The notes beneath the pieces were generated by a model. It was not told the DNA's origin. It saw only the letters and a program-made list of their open reading frames with translations, and did no database searches. Below are positions 24,208 through 32,671 of a DNA stretch of 39,601 nt, piece by piece. How positions within the stretch are numbered: position 1 is the stretch's first letter; each line of letters starts with the position of its first letter. The stretch covers positions 1 to 39,601 of the forward strand of contig DSBS01000044.1 in assembly GCA_011045925.1 (NCBI GenBank). The letters are read 5' to 3'. A program made the translations under genes and the position numbers. This DNA comes from Candidatus Woesearchaeota archaeon (GTDB lineage Archaea; Nanobdellota; Nanobdellia; Woesearchaeales; JASKKU01).

Positions 24208-27072
24208 ATGAAATTAAAAACCAATCCTTTTTCGATAAGAGTCATTACTTTATTCTGCCTCTTTTTTCTTTTTTTATATGCAAAGGCTGCCTATGGTGAA
24301 ACTCCTTTGTGTGTTCCTTCTGAATCTTGCTGCATTGACAGGGATTGCAAAATTCAGGTTGACTGCGAGAATAATAAGATTTGCTCAGGCTCATTATTTG
24401 GGCTCGCAAACTGTATAGATTTCAAGTGCGACAGCCCAAGCAATATAGAAATAATTGACGGCAAATGCGTTCCTTCTAAAAGCTGCAGGCTTAACAGCTT
24501 TATTGAAATCGACTGTGAAAACAACAAAATCTGCAACAGGCTTATTGGGATCTGCATTGAATTCAAGTGCTCAACACACTGCGATTACGTAAGCTGTGCA
24601 AGATATGAAATCTGCATCAAAGGAAATTGTGTGCCAAAGCCTACAGACCCAGTAATGCTTGGCTTCATAACATTAGACTCAATTTCCATAAATGAACACA
24701 GCGCAAAATACAGCATAGAGTTAACCGAGCCGAACGAGATGCCGCGAAATGCAAAAAGCTCACACTTCTGTGGGATTTGGGATAATACCTTTAACGCAGG
24801 CGGCTGCCAGAAGTGGCCCTACAATGATTGTAATTTATTTGATGCAAAGTTCAGAGATCATGTTTTTTTCAGGCAAGTAGACAAAGATAACAAAGATTTT
24901 GAGGTATTATGTAACAAAATGGCAATACGGCCTTGGGTAGCCTTTTGTGACGGGGTAAGCAATGCTTTATTAAAATTCAGTTTATGCGATACAGGCTCAG
25001 GCATTCCTTGCGAGTCAAAAATAAACCTAAACCCTTCTGACAAGTTTACATATCTAGGATTAACCAAGGATTATGACACCGTTAATATTAACCTTGCCGA
25101 CTCAAAAAGCTCAGTTGAAGGCAAGTTCAGCTATGAGTGTGTAACAATTGGAGACATGATTGTTCCTGGCTCATCAAACAGGATGCTTTGCAAAGATGAG
25201 CAGGGGATTGCATTGTATGCAGTAAACCATCTGCATGACTGCGGGCAGCAAGGAGGGGTGTGTGTAAATGGGGTTTGCAAAGAGCATATCTGCATTCCTG
25301 ATGACGCTCTTCACAAAAACGAGGAATGCGACCCCGAAGCAGGCTTATTCTGGGTAACAGACAGCTCAGGAAACAGGAAGCAGGTTTCAAGAGCAGACAT
25401 ATCGTGCATGGATTATGGGCTAGTGCCAAAGGACGGAAATCCCGAAACAAAACCTGAGTGTGACGACTACTGCATTATTGACTTAAGCAGCTGTGTGTCC
25501 GAGGCACATTTCAGAAGCCAGATGTGCGGCAACCACCAGATTGACATAATGCCTTTATCAAAAACACAAGAAGCATGCGACATGCATGAAAGCGGAACAT
25601 TCTATGAGCATCCTTTTGGAGACACCCGAGAAAAAACTATATTGCTTCCTGACAGCCAAAAGCTTTACTGCGGCCAGCAGGCTGGCTTTATTGGCGACGC
25701 CGAACTCCTTAGGTGCTTGGATGAATGCTCAGAGGTCAGCTTTGAGTGGTGCATGGAAGACTTATCTTTAAAGAACCCTGAAGCAAAAGGGGAAAGCGAC
25801 TGTGCTGACGGATATAATGATAATTACTGGCATGTAATCTCAAACATTGATGAATCAATTGCAAATGACGGATACTTTGATATAAGCAGGGTAAGGTACA
25901 ATGAAGAACTTTGCCTAAGCCCAACGCAATGCACTGACTGCCATGACATAAGCTGCCATATGAGAGATGGAAACGGCGGAATCTGCAATTTCATGGAAGA
26001 GCTATACTGCAATGATGGGTTTGACAACAACGGAAACGGCCTTGTGGACCTAGAGGACCCAAGCTGCTCTCCTGACCCAAGGTACAATCCTGACCAGTCA
26101 AAAATTGGCTTTTGCAATGTAAACTATAACTGCTACCTTGACAGAGACAGCCTAAGCGGGAAAACAAAAGAGCTTTGCTACAAAGACGGAGAAATTGTGT
26201 GGGATATGGAAGGGGATTTTATATGCGCAGAAGACAACTTCTGGACTTCCCCGCTAAAGGCAATGGCAGGGCTGTTTTACTCTGTTTCAGACAAGAATGA
26301 GTTTTCAATTTACTGCAATGACTACGGAGACAGGGAAGAAGGCTATGTGGTTGCATACAACAGCAAGACTCCAAGCGGCATGAATACTGGAGACTTCATG
26401 AGGCTTGCTGGCTCCAGCTTTAGAAAAATGTGCGCCTTCTCTTCCGGAGACTATTGGGGAGTCTCTGCAAAGATAAGAGATGTAAACCAGGAAAACAGCC
26501 AGAATATAGCAAGAAACATCCAGAGTGCAATGCCTCTCTTCTCATCTAACAGGGCTGCATGCGATTCTACTGCTGAGAATAAAGAAAGTTTACTGGTGCA
26601 AAGCTGCAACGATTTTGGAGTCTTTATGAATTCAAGGTATGGAATAATTTTCAGGACAAACAGAAACATAGAAAACGCTCCGGTTTTGACCGGGCTTGAT
26701 TATATAAAATCTGCTATCGAAGAGCTTGATCCAATAGGGTCTGAAACGCCGCATCTTTCACAAGGGGCAAAAACCGAAGCCTTTGTATGGAAAAGAAATG
26801 GAGACAAAGAAATAAAAGAAATAATTGGCGCAATAGAACAAATTAACGGGACAGTTTATGCAATGATCATTTACAAAAACATCGACAACTTCGATGAGAT
26901 CTGCAAGGATTCTCTAAGCATGATAAGAATAAGCAGCAGGGTTTACGGGGAATGTTTTGTTGTTGGAAGCAGGGATTACCTTGTTAAGTGGTCTTTTCAA
27001 TATGATGCCGCAGAGCTCCAGGCTTCAAAAAGCAAGTTCAACGAGCTTGTAAGAAATGTTAAAATAAACTAA
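24208..27072 (+). CDS. Large Cys-rich secreted protein, paralog A (954 aa), unknown family
   Basis: Signal peptide ..LFFLFLYAKAAYG/E. Duplicated DCENNKIC...C(I)EFKC modules. CKEHICIPDD..NEECDP, CGNHQID, CNDGFDNNGNGLVDLEDPSC. C-terminus ELQASKSKFNELVRNVKIN. Confidence 0.8.
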   Translation: MKLKTNPFSIRVITLFCLFFLFLYAKAAYGETPLCVPSESCCIDRDCKIQVDCENNKICSGSLFGLANCIDFKCDSPSNIEIIDGKCVPSKSCRLNSFIEIDCENNKICNRLIGICIEFKCSTHCDYVSCARYEICIKGNCVPKPTDPVMLGFITLDSISINEHSAKYSIELTEPNEMPRNAKSSHFCGIWDNTFNAGGCQKWPYNDCNLFDAKFRDHVFFRQVDKDNKDFEVLCNKMAIRPWVAFCDGVSNALLKFSLCDTGSGIPCESKINLNPSDKFTYLGLTKDYDTVNINLADSKSSVEGKFSYECVTIGDMIVPGSSNRMLCKDEQGIALYAVNHLHDCGQQGGVCVNGVCKEHICIPDDALHKNEECDPEAGLFWVTDSSGNRKQVSRADISCMDYGLVPKDGNPETKPECDDYCIIDLSSCVSEAHFRSQMCGNHQIDIMPLSKTQEACDMHESGTFYEHPFGDTREKTILLPDSQKLYCGQQAGFIGDAELLRCLDECSEVSFEWCMEDLSLKNPEAKGESDCADGYNDNYWHVISNIDESIANDGYFDISRVRYNEELCLSPTQCTDCHDISCHMRDGNGGICNFMEELYCNDGFDNNGNGLVDLEDPSCSPDPRYNPDQSKIGFCNVNYNCYLDRDSLSGKTKELCYKDGEIVWDMEGDFICAEDNFWTSPLKAMAGLFYSVSDKNEFSIYCNDYGDREEGYVVAYNSKTPSGMNTGDFMRLAGSSFRKMCAFSSGDYWGVSAKIRDVNQENSQNIARNIQSAMPLFSSNRAACDSTAENKESLLVQSCNDFGVFMNSRYGIIFRTNRNIENAPVLTGLDYIKSAIEELDPIGSETPHLSQGAKTEAFVWKRNGDKEIKEIIGAIEQINGTVYAMIIYKNIDNFDEICKDSLSMIRISSRVYGECFVVGSRDYLVKWSFQYDAAELQASKSKFNELVRNVKIN
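25931..26378 (+). repeat. Copy A of the high-identity collinear tract shared by the tandem paralogs (partner at offset +2923)
   Basis: Hand alignment: 7 mismatches in 157 nt (25931-26087) and 9 in 150 nt (26229-26378). Includes a 68-nt perfect match (26299-26366 equals 29222-29289). Confidence 0.85.
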
Positions 27073-27109
27073 CCCTGATACTTTTTAGTAATAGTATGTT
27101 GAATAGAAT

Positions 27110-30010
27110 ATGAATAAATATAAGAACTCAATCCACCTAAAAATAGCAGCAATATTGTGTTTTGTAGTTGCTGGATTTTTTGTTAGGGTCTCTTATGCAG
27201 AGCTTCCTTCATGCAGTGTTGCCTCTGAATCTTGCTGCATTAGCAAAGGCTCCAGCTGCATTTTAGACATAAATTGTGAAAAAAAAGAGATTTGTTTCTT
27301 TGGAATTGGAACAACTAAAATTTGCATAGAATTTGGTGAAGAATATGATTGCGATGAAAATGGTCCCCTTGTATCTGTTGATGGAAGGTGCTACCCCTCA
27401 GAGAGCTGTAAAATAAGCTTTTTTAAGGTTGACTGCGAGAATGAAAAAATCTGCAGTACTTATCCAATTGAATATTGTGTTGAATACGAGTGCGCCTCTG
27501 CCTCAGAAGAGCCGGAGTGTGAAGAGCACTCTGACTGCGATGGAGACCAGGTCTGCATTGCCGGAATTTGCAAGCCAAGGCCAAAAGACATATTCCTCGG
27601 GTTTATTAAAATAGAACAGATTTCAATAATTAACAATAACATAAAATACACTATTTCCAAACAGGATGAAAATGAGCCCCAGAACATGCCTAACGAAGCA
27701 AAAACAGGATACTACTGCAGGCTTCTTGACTTAACTTTCAACAAAGGGGCATGCAGCTATCATCCATATAACTTCTGTAGCTTGTTTGATGGAAGGTTTA
27801 GGGATGTTGTTTACTTCTCAGATGTAAGCAAAACAAGCAAAAAATATACTGTTGAATGCAATAAGAGAGGAGGCTACCTTTGCATCCTGCTACCTTATCC
27901 GCTTAACCTTGCCTGCGCAGAAAACCTTTGCGATGGTTTTTTCACTAAAGAGCTTTCTTTCATGATTTGTGATACAAACTCGGGGGTTTCGTGCAGTCAA
28001 AAGGTAAAAAAAAGTGGCAGCAAATACGGCACTTTGAATGTCAACTTGGCTGACTACGAAAATCCTAAGGGGGGCTATTACAGCTATGAGTGCATAGAGA
28101 TTGAAAAAGTATGGCGGCCCGGCTCTGCTGACAAGAAAACCTGCAGGGACGAGGAGGCGATAGGCCTTCGTACGGTAAATCAGCTTAAGCCCTGCGGCGA
28201 TGGAGGGGTTTGTGTAGATGGAGAATGCAAAGAGCACATCTGCATCCCTGACGATACTCTACATGAGAATGAAGAGTGCGACCCAAAGATAAACGAGTTC
28301 TGGGTAGGTGGGGAGAGAAAGTCTGGCGAAGATGTTACCTGCATTGATTTTGGGCTTATGCCAAAAAGTGAAAACGATAGACCAACCTGCAGCGAGTACT
28401 GCATGATTGACTTAAGCAACTGCATAACCTATGAGGAGTATGTGCGTGACAGTTGCGGCAATCACCAGATTGACACCTGCGGGATACCTGAGAAATGCGA
28501 CTGGTACCGGTCCCAGGAAAGTGAGTACTTCCACCCGTATGGAGAGGTTAGGTTCAGGACTATAATGCTGGCTGAAGACCACACCACTTACTGCGGAGAA
28601 AGGGAAGGTCTTATTGGAGACGCAATGATGCTTGACTGCAGGGAAGACTGCAGGCACATCAGCTATGAGCTGTGCATGAAAGACTGGTCTGAGGAATACC
28701 CTGAAGTAAGGAATGAAAGCGACTGCTCTGACGGGTTTAACAACAATTACTGGTATGTAATCTCAAATATAGATGAATCAATTGCTGATGACGGCTACTT
28801 TGACATAAATAAAGTCAGGTACAACATTAGCTTGTGCCTAAACGAGACACACTGCACTGACTGCCAGGACATAAGCTGCCACATGAGAGATGGAAACGGC
28901 GGAATCTGCAATTTCATGGAAGAGCTTTACTGCAATGATGGGTTTGACAACAACGGAAACGGCCTTGTGGACATAGAAGACCCAAGCTGCTCTCCTGAGC
29001 TAAGGTACAACCCAAGCCAATCAAATACGGGCCTGTGCAATGTACACTATAACTGCTACCTGGACAGGGACAGCCGGGCAGGCAGGACAAAAGAGCTTTG
29101 CTATGAGCATGGCGAGATGGTCTGGGACAAGGAAGGAGAGTTTATCTGCACAGAAGAAAACTTCTGGACTTCTCCATTAAAGGCAATGGCGGGGCTGTTT
29201 TACTCTGTTTCAGACAAGAACGAGTTTTCAATTTACTGCAATGACTACGGAGACAGGGAAGAAGGCTATGTGGTTGCATACAACAGCAAAACGCCCAGCG
29301 GAATAGAAGCAGGCGAACTGCTTAGAATGATTGGGCCTAACTTTGGAAAGTTTTGTGCTTTCACATCTGGAGAAGATTGGGGCTTCTCTGCAAAGATAAA
29401 AGACCTGAATGAAAAAAACCTGCTAAGCTCTGAAAATAAGGTTCAGGACGTAGCTGCGCTTTTCTCTGCAAATAAGGCTGCCTGCAACAGTGTTGCATCA
29501 GACGGAGAAAGCTCAAGCCTTGAAAGGTGCATGGACGAAAATGTTTTCCTGAACTCAAGATACGGGCTGATTTTCAGGACCAATATAAACCTGAACGGCA
29601 CCCACGCCTTATCAGGCATCGATGATATCAGGAATGCTGTTGGAAGAGATGGCCTGTTTGGATTTTTTACAAATGAGATCCCGCACCAAGAGCATGGAGC
29701 AAAAACCCAGGCTTTTGTATGGAAAAAAAACCAAGATAACGATAACCAAAAAAAAGAGATAATCGGCACTATTGAGGAATTTGACGGAACGGTTTATGCA
29801 GTAATTCTTTACAATAACATTAAGGATTTTGAGCAAATCTGCTCACATAGCCTTAAGTACTTAAGAATATCAAGCAGGACATCCGGAACCTGCCTTCAGA
29901 TTGCAGATGACACCTACTTAGTTACATGGTCATTTGAAATGGACAGCACAGAGCTCCAGGCTTCAAAAAAGAAATTTAATGAGCTTGTAAGAAACATAAA
30001 AATCAATTAG
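27110..30010 (+). CDS. Large Cys-rich secreted protein, paralog B (966 aa), unknown family
   Basis: Signal peptide ..VVAGFFVRVSYA/E. Collinear with paralog A, sharing the same motifs and C-terminus ELQASKKKFNELVRNIKIN. Confidence 0.8.
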   Translation: MNKYKNSIHLKIAAILCFVVAGFFVRVSYAELPSCSVASESCCISKGSSCILDINCEKKEICFFGIGTTKICIEFGEEYDCDENGPLVSVDGRCYPSESCKISFFKVDCENEKICSTYPIEYCVEYECASASEEPECEEHSDCDGDQVCIAGICKPRPKDIFLGFIKIEQISIINNNIKYTISKQDENEPQNMPNEAKTGYYCRLLDLTFNKGACSYHPYNFCSLFDGRFRDVVYFSDVSKTSKKYTVECNKRGGYLCILLPYPLNLACAENLCDGFFTKELSFMICDTNSGVSCSQKVKKSGSKYGTLNVNLADYENPKGGYYSYECIEIEKVWRPGSADKKTCRDEEAIGLRTVNQLKPCGDGGVCVDGECKEHICIPDDTLHENEECDPKINEFWVGGERKSGEDVTCIDFGLMPKSENDRPTCSEYCMIDLSNCITYEEYVRDSCGNHQIDTCGIPEKCDWYRSQESEYFHPYGEVRFRTIMLAEDHTTYCGEREGLIGDAMMLDCREDCRHISYELCMKDWSEEYPEVRNESDCSDGFNNNYWYVISNIDESIADDGYFDINKVRYNISLCLNETHCTDCQDISCHMRDGNGGICNFMEELYCNDGFDNNGNGLVDIEDPSCSPELRYNPSQSNTGLCNVHYNCYLDRDSRAGRTKELCYEHGEMVWDKEGEFICTEENFWTSPLKAMAGLFYSVSDKNEFSIYCNDYGDREEGYVVAYNSKTPSGIEAGELLRMIGPNFGKFCAFTSGEDWGFSAKIKDLNEKNLLSSENKVQDVAALFSANKAACNSVASDGESSSLERCMDENVFLNSRYGLIFRTNINLNGTHALSGIDDIRNAVGRDGLFGFFTNEIPHQEHGAKTQAFVWKKNQDNDNQKKEIIGTIEEFDGTVYAVILYNNIKDFEQICSHSLKYLRISSRTSGTCLQIADDTYLVTWSFEMDSTELQASKKKFNELVRNIKIN
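28854..29301 (+). repeat. Copy B of the high-identity collinear tract shared by the tandem paralogs
   Basis: See the copy A entry. There are no indels between the two tracts (constant offset 2923). Confidence 0.85.
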
Positions 30011-30767
30011 CCCTGCCCAAGAAAGAAACAACATAAAAAACCTCATTTTCCGTTTCTATTATTTTAAACTGGTGTTTTAGCCTCGACAGCATCTTTTCTA
30101 CCCAGGTTCTTCTTGAAAAAGTCATGCTTTTTCCTGAAAGGGTTTTTGTTGGAAAGCTGATAATAATCATTTTGGCTTTCAGGGCTGTAAAAATCATCTC
30201 TGCCTTTTTATGCCCTGAATCATCAACAAGGTCAAGCAGCTTAAAAAGAAAAGCAACATCAAAAACCTCATCAAAATTAAAAGCCTTTATATCAGCAGCA
30301 ACAGCTTCGCCTTGAATCCCTTTTGACTGAAAAAAATCATTTGCCTTTTTAACTATTTGCTTGTTTATGTCAATAGCAAGATAGCGCTCAACGCTAAACC
30401 TGGAATAAGGGAAAAAAAGCGGGTTCAGGCCGCAGCCTAAGTCAACAAATCTTCTGGGATTTATTCTTGAGATTTCATTCAGGACTGGTTCCGGGATTTC
30501 TTTTCTCTCCTTGAGCGAGGGGCTTTTTGCTTCTGAAGGAAAATAAACAAGAGCCTGCTTTCTGAGCCTTGCTTTAGCCTTGGACAAAACCTCCTTAAAA
30601 AACTTTGAGCGAGTACTCTTTACCTTATCAAGCTTTTTCATAAGGGGCATCTCAGAGCTAAGCACAAAAGTTATGCTTTTCCTTAATATTTCGTCATCCA
30701 GGCTGGAATAATTTCTGCTTTCTTTAAGGAACCTTAAACAGGCCTCCACAAACTCTTTTCTTTCCAT
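30003..30767 (-). CDS. FmrO/ArmA/Rmt-family 16S rRNA (guanine1405-N7)-methyltransferase homolog, 254 aa
   Basis: Collinear with ArmA as I recall it: LKESRNYSSLDDEILRKSI, FVDLGCGLNPLFF (ArmA ILDFGCGFNPLAL), YLAIDIN, FDVAFLFKLLDLV, IIISFPTKTLSGKS (ArmA VISFPIKSLSGKE), NEVFYVVS. The start is trimmed to ATG 30767. Confidence 0.78.
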   Translation of the reverse strand: MERKEFVEACLRFLKESRNYSSLDDEILRKSITFVLSSEMPLMKKLDKVKSTRSKFFKEVLSKAKARLRKQALVYFPSEAKSPSLKERKEIPEPVLNEISRINPRRFVDLGCGLNPLFFPYSRFSVERYLAIDINKQIVKKANDFFQSKGIQGEAVAADIKAFNFDEVFDVAFLFKLLDLVDDSGHKKAEMIFTALKAKMIIISFPTKTLSGKSMTFSRRTWVEKMLSRLKHQFKIIETENEVFYVVSFLGRAN

Positions 30768-30788
30768 AATAAGGTAAATAAGGACAAA

Positions 30789-30800
30789 GTTTAAAAATAT
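30789..30800 (+). promoter_or_regulatory. TATA box GTTTAAAAATAT 19 nt upstream of the ATG at 30820 (leaderless geometry)
   Basis: Same core as the lysS promoter. Lies in the 52-nt divergent spacer. Confidence 0.5.
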
Positions 30801-30819
30801 AGGGAAAAGAATCAGGCCC

Positions 30820-32586
30820 ATGGAAAAGAAAAAACCTTCAAAAAAAGACGCAATCACCGAGTCCGCCGAAAAAAAGCTTGAGGGCATAAAAAAAATACTT
30901 GAAGAATTCAAGGAGAAATCGCTTGACAAGTTCTCAGACTATATTCTTGGAATATCCCTGCTTCCACCATCAAAAGACAAAGACGACAAGATTGACCCCA
31001 ATAAGATAAATGTCCTTATGCTTATGGACGACAGCGACACAAAAAAGATGAGCAAGCAGGAACTAAAAGAAAAGCTTACAAAGATAATTGAGGAAATCGC
31101 AAAAAAAGCTGATGACAAATTATCTCCTGCAGTAGTGCTTCTTTCAGAGCTCTGGCAAAACTGCTATGACTCAAAATATGAATTCTCAAAAATGATTGCT
31201 TCGGGAGCTCAGATTTATGACAAGGGTATTCTCGCTGCAATAAAGGTTACTGAAGTGCATAAGCAGATGGTTCTTGAGAAGTTCGAGAGGTACATTGTCT
31301 CCTATGTGCTTGCCGGCTCGCTTACGCAGGGAAAGGCAACTGAGAAGTCTGACATTGATGTCTTCATTGTAGTTGATGACACAGATGTAAAAAAGATGAC
31401 AAGGGGAGAGCTAAAAGAGAAGCTCAGGGCAATAATTATCGGAATGGGTGCAGAAGCAGGAGAGATGACAGGCGTTATTAACAAGCTTAACATTCAGGTA
31501 TATATCCTAACCGAGTTCTGGGAGTCGCTGCGGGATGCTAACCCTGTAATTTTCACGCTTTTAAGGCATGGAGTTCCTCTTTATGACAGAGGGGTTTTTA
31601 TGCCCTGGAAACAGCTGCTCGTTATGGGAAAGATAAAGCCCAGCCAGGAAGCAATTGACCTGTTTATGAGCACAGGAGAAAGAATACTTGAAAAGGTAAC
31701 AGAAAAGCTAAATGAAATAGGTATTGAAGACATATTCTATGCTCTGCTCACGCCTTCCCAGGCAACACTAATGCACTATGGAATTCCTCCACCGACTCCA
31801 AGAGAAACGCCTGAGCTTATGAAAGAAATTTTTGCAGACAAAGAGAAGCTTATTGAAGCAAAAGACCTGGAAATCCTAAAAAAAGTAATAAAGGCAAGAA
31901 AGGAAGTTGAGCACAAGGTCAGGACGAGCCTGAGCGGAAAAGAGATAGATGAGATGATTAAAGAAGGCAAAGAATACCTTAAGAAAGTAGATAAGCTGTT
32001 TAAGGATATTACAAAGATGAAGGACAAGGAAACTGCGCATGAGATTTCTGACTCCCTTAAGACAACAGTAAGAAAAGTCCTGGAAACAGAAGGCGTTTCA
32101 AAAACAGATGAGTCACAGCTTATCAAAAGGTTTCGTGAAACCCTGATTAACACAGGAAAGATTCCTGACAGGATCCTCAAGAAGCTGGAGTCGGCAATAG
32201 AAATGCAAAAGCAAAAGACAATAACAAAACAAGACCTCGACAAGCACAGAAAAAATGCTGCCGAGATTATCGGGTTCCTCAAAGAATACCTTGAAAGAAG
32301 CAGGTTTTATGAGATAGAAAGAGGAAAGGTAAAGGTTATTTACGGGGAAAACAAGATTGCAGAAGTTATTAACACAGATAAAGGCTATATCCTGATTAAA
32401 GACCTGAAAGAAAAGGCGTATAAACTTCTGGATAAGAAAAAACTTTCTGAAAAAGCGATTGAGCAGGATGATGCTGAAAGCCTGCTAAGAGACGAAAAAA
32501 CAAAGATTGTCCACGAGATGCCCGTTTCATTAATAGATAAAATAAAGGAGCTTTTCGGAAAGGATTGCAAGATTATTACAACCTGA
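30820..32586 (+). CDS. Nucleotidyltransferase (Pol-beta superfamily) domain protein with an internally duplicated NTase module and a long Lys/Glu-rich helical C-terminus
   Basis: Intact motif YVLAGSLTQGKATEKSDIDVFIVVDD. It is preceded by a degenerate copy, ILGISLLPPSKDKDDKIDPNKINVLMLMDD. Both copies are followed by D(S/T)D(T/V)KKM(S/T)..ELKEKL. Confidence 0.65.
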   Translation: MEKKKPSKKDAITESAEKKLEGIKKILEEFKEKSLDKFSDYILGISLLPPSKDKDDKIDPNKINVLMLMDDSDTKKMSKQELKEKLTKIIEEIAKKADDKLSPAVVLLSELWQNCYDSKYEFSKMIASGAQIYDKGILAAIKVTEVHKQMVLEKFERYIVSYVLAGSLTQGKATEKSDIDVFIVVDDTDVKKMTRGELKEKLRAIIIGMGAEAGEMTGVINKLNIQVYILTEFWESLRDANPVIFTLLRHGVPLYDRGVFMPWKQLLVMGKIKPSQEAIDLFMSTGERILEKVTEKLNEIGIEDIFYALLTPSQATLMHYGIPPPTPRETPELMKEIFADKEKLIEAKDLEILKKVIKARKEVEHKVRTSLSGKEIDEMIKEGKEYLKKVDKLFKDITKMKDKETAHEISDSLKTTVRKVLETEGVSKTDESQLIKRFRETLINTGKIPDRILKKLESAIEMQKQKTITKQDLDKHRKNAAEIIGFLKEYLERSRFYEIERGKVKVIYGENKIAEVINTDKGYILIKDLKEKAYKLLDKKKLSEKAIEQDDAESLLRDEKTKIVHEMPVSLIDKIKELFGKDCKIITT

Positions 32587-32592
32587 TTTTTT
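32587..32592 (+). terminator. Oligo-T tract immediately after the stop codon
   Basis: TGA at 32584-32586 is followed by ttttttc. Confidence 0.35.
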
Positions 32593-32671
32593 CTTATTTA
32601 ACTTGCTTTTAATTCCTTTCGGTTAATTCTTATCTGCTTTATTATATTTAAAAGCTTCAAATTTACCTTAC

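Noticed and set aside
31776-32282. 168-aa minus-strand ORF inside the nucleotidyltransferase gene
   Set aside because: Typical antisense shadow ORF (Ser/Phe/Leu/Ile-rich complement of AAA/GAA-rich codons). No promoter or recognisable features.
30003-32586. Idea that the ArmA-like methyltransferase plus the nucleotidyltransferase form a mobile aminoglycoside-resistance cassette
   Set aside because: No integrase, transposase, inverted or direct repeats, or tRNA-adjacent junction flank the pair. The NTase fold is generic and this protein is far larger than ANT enzymes. Both genes use the same promoter grammar and overlap native neighbours.
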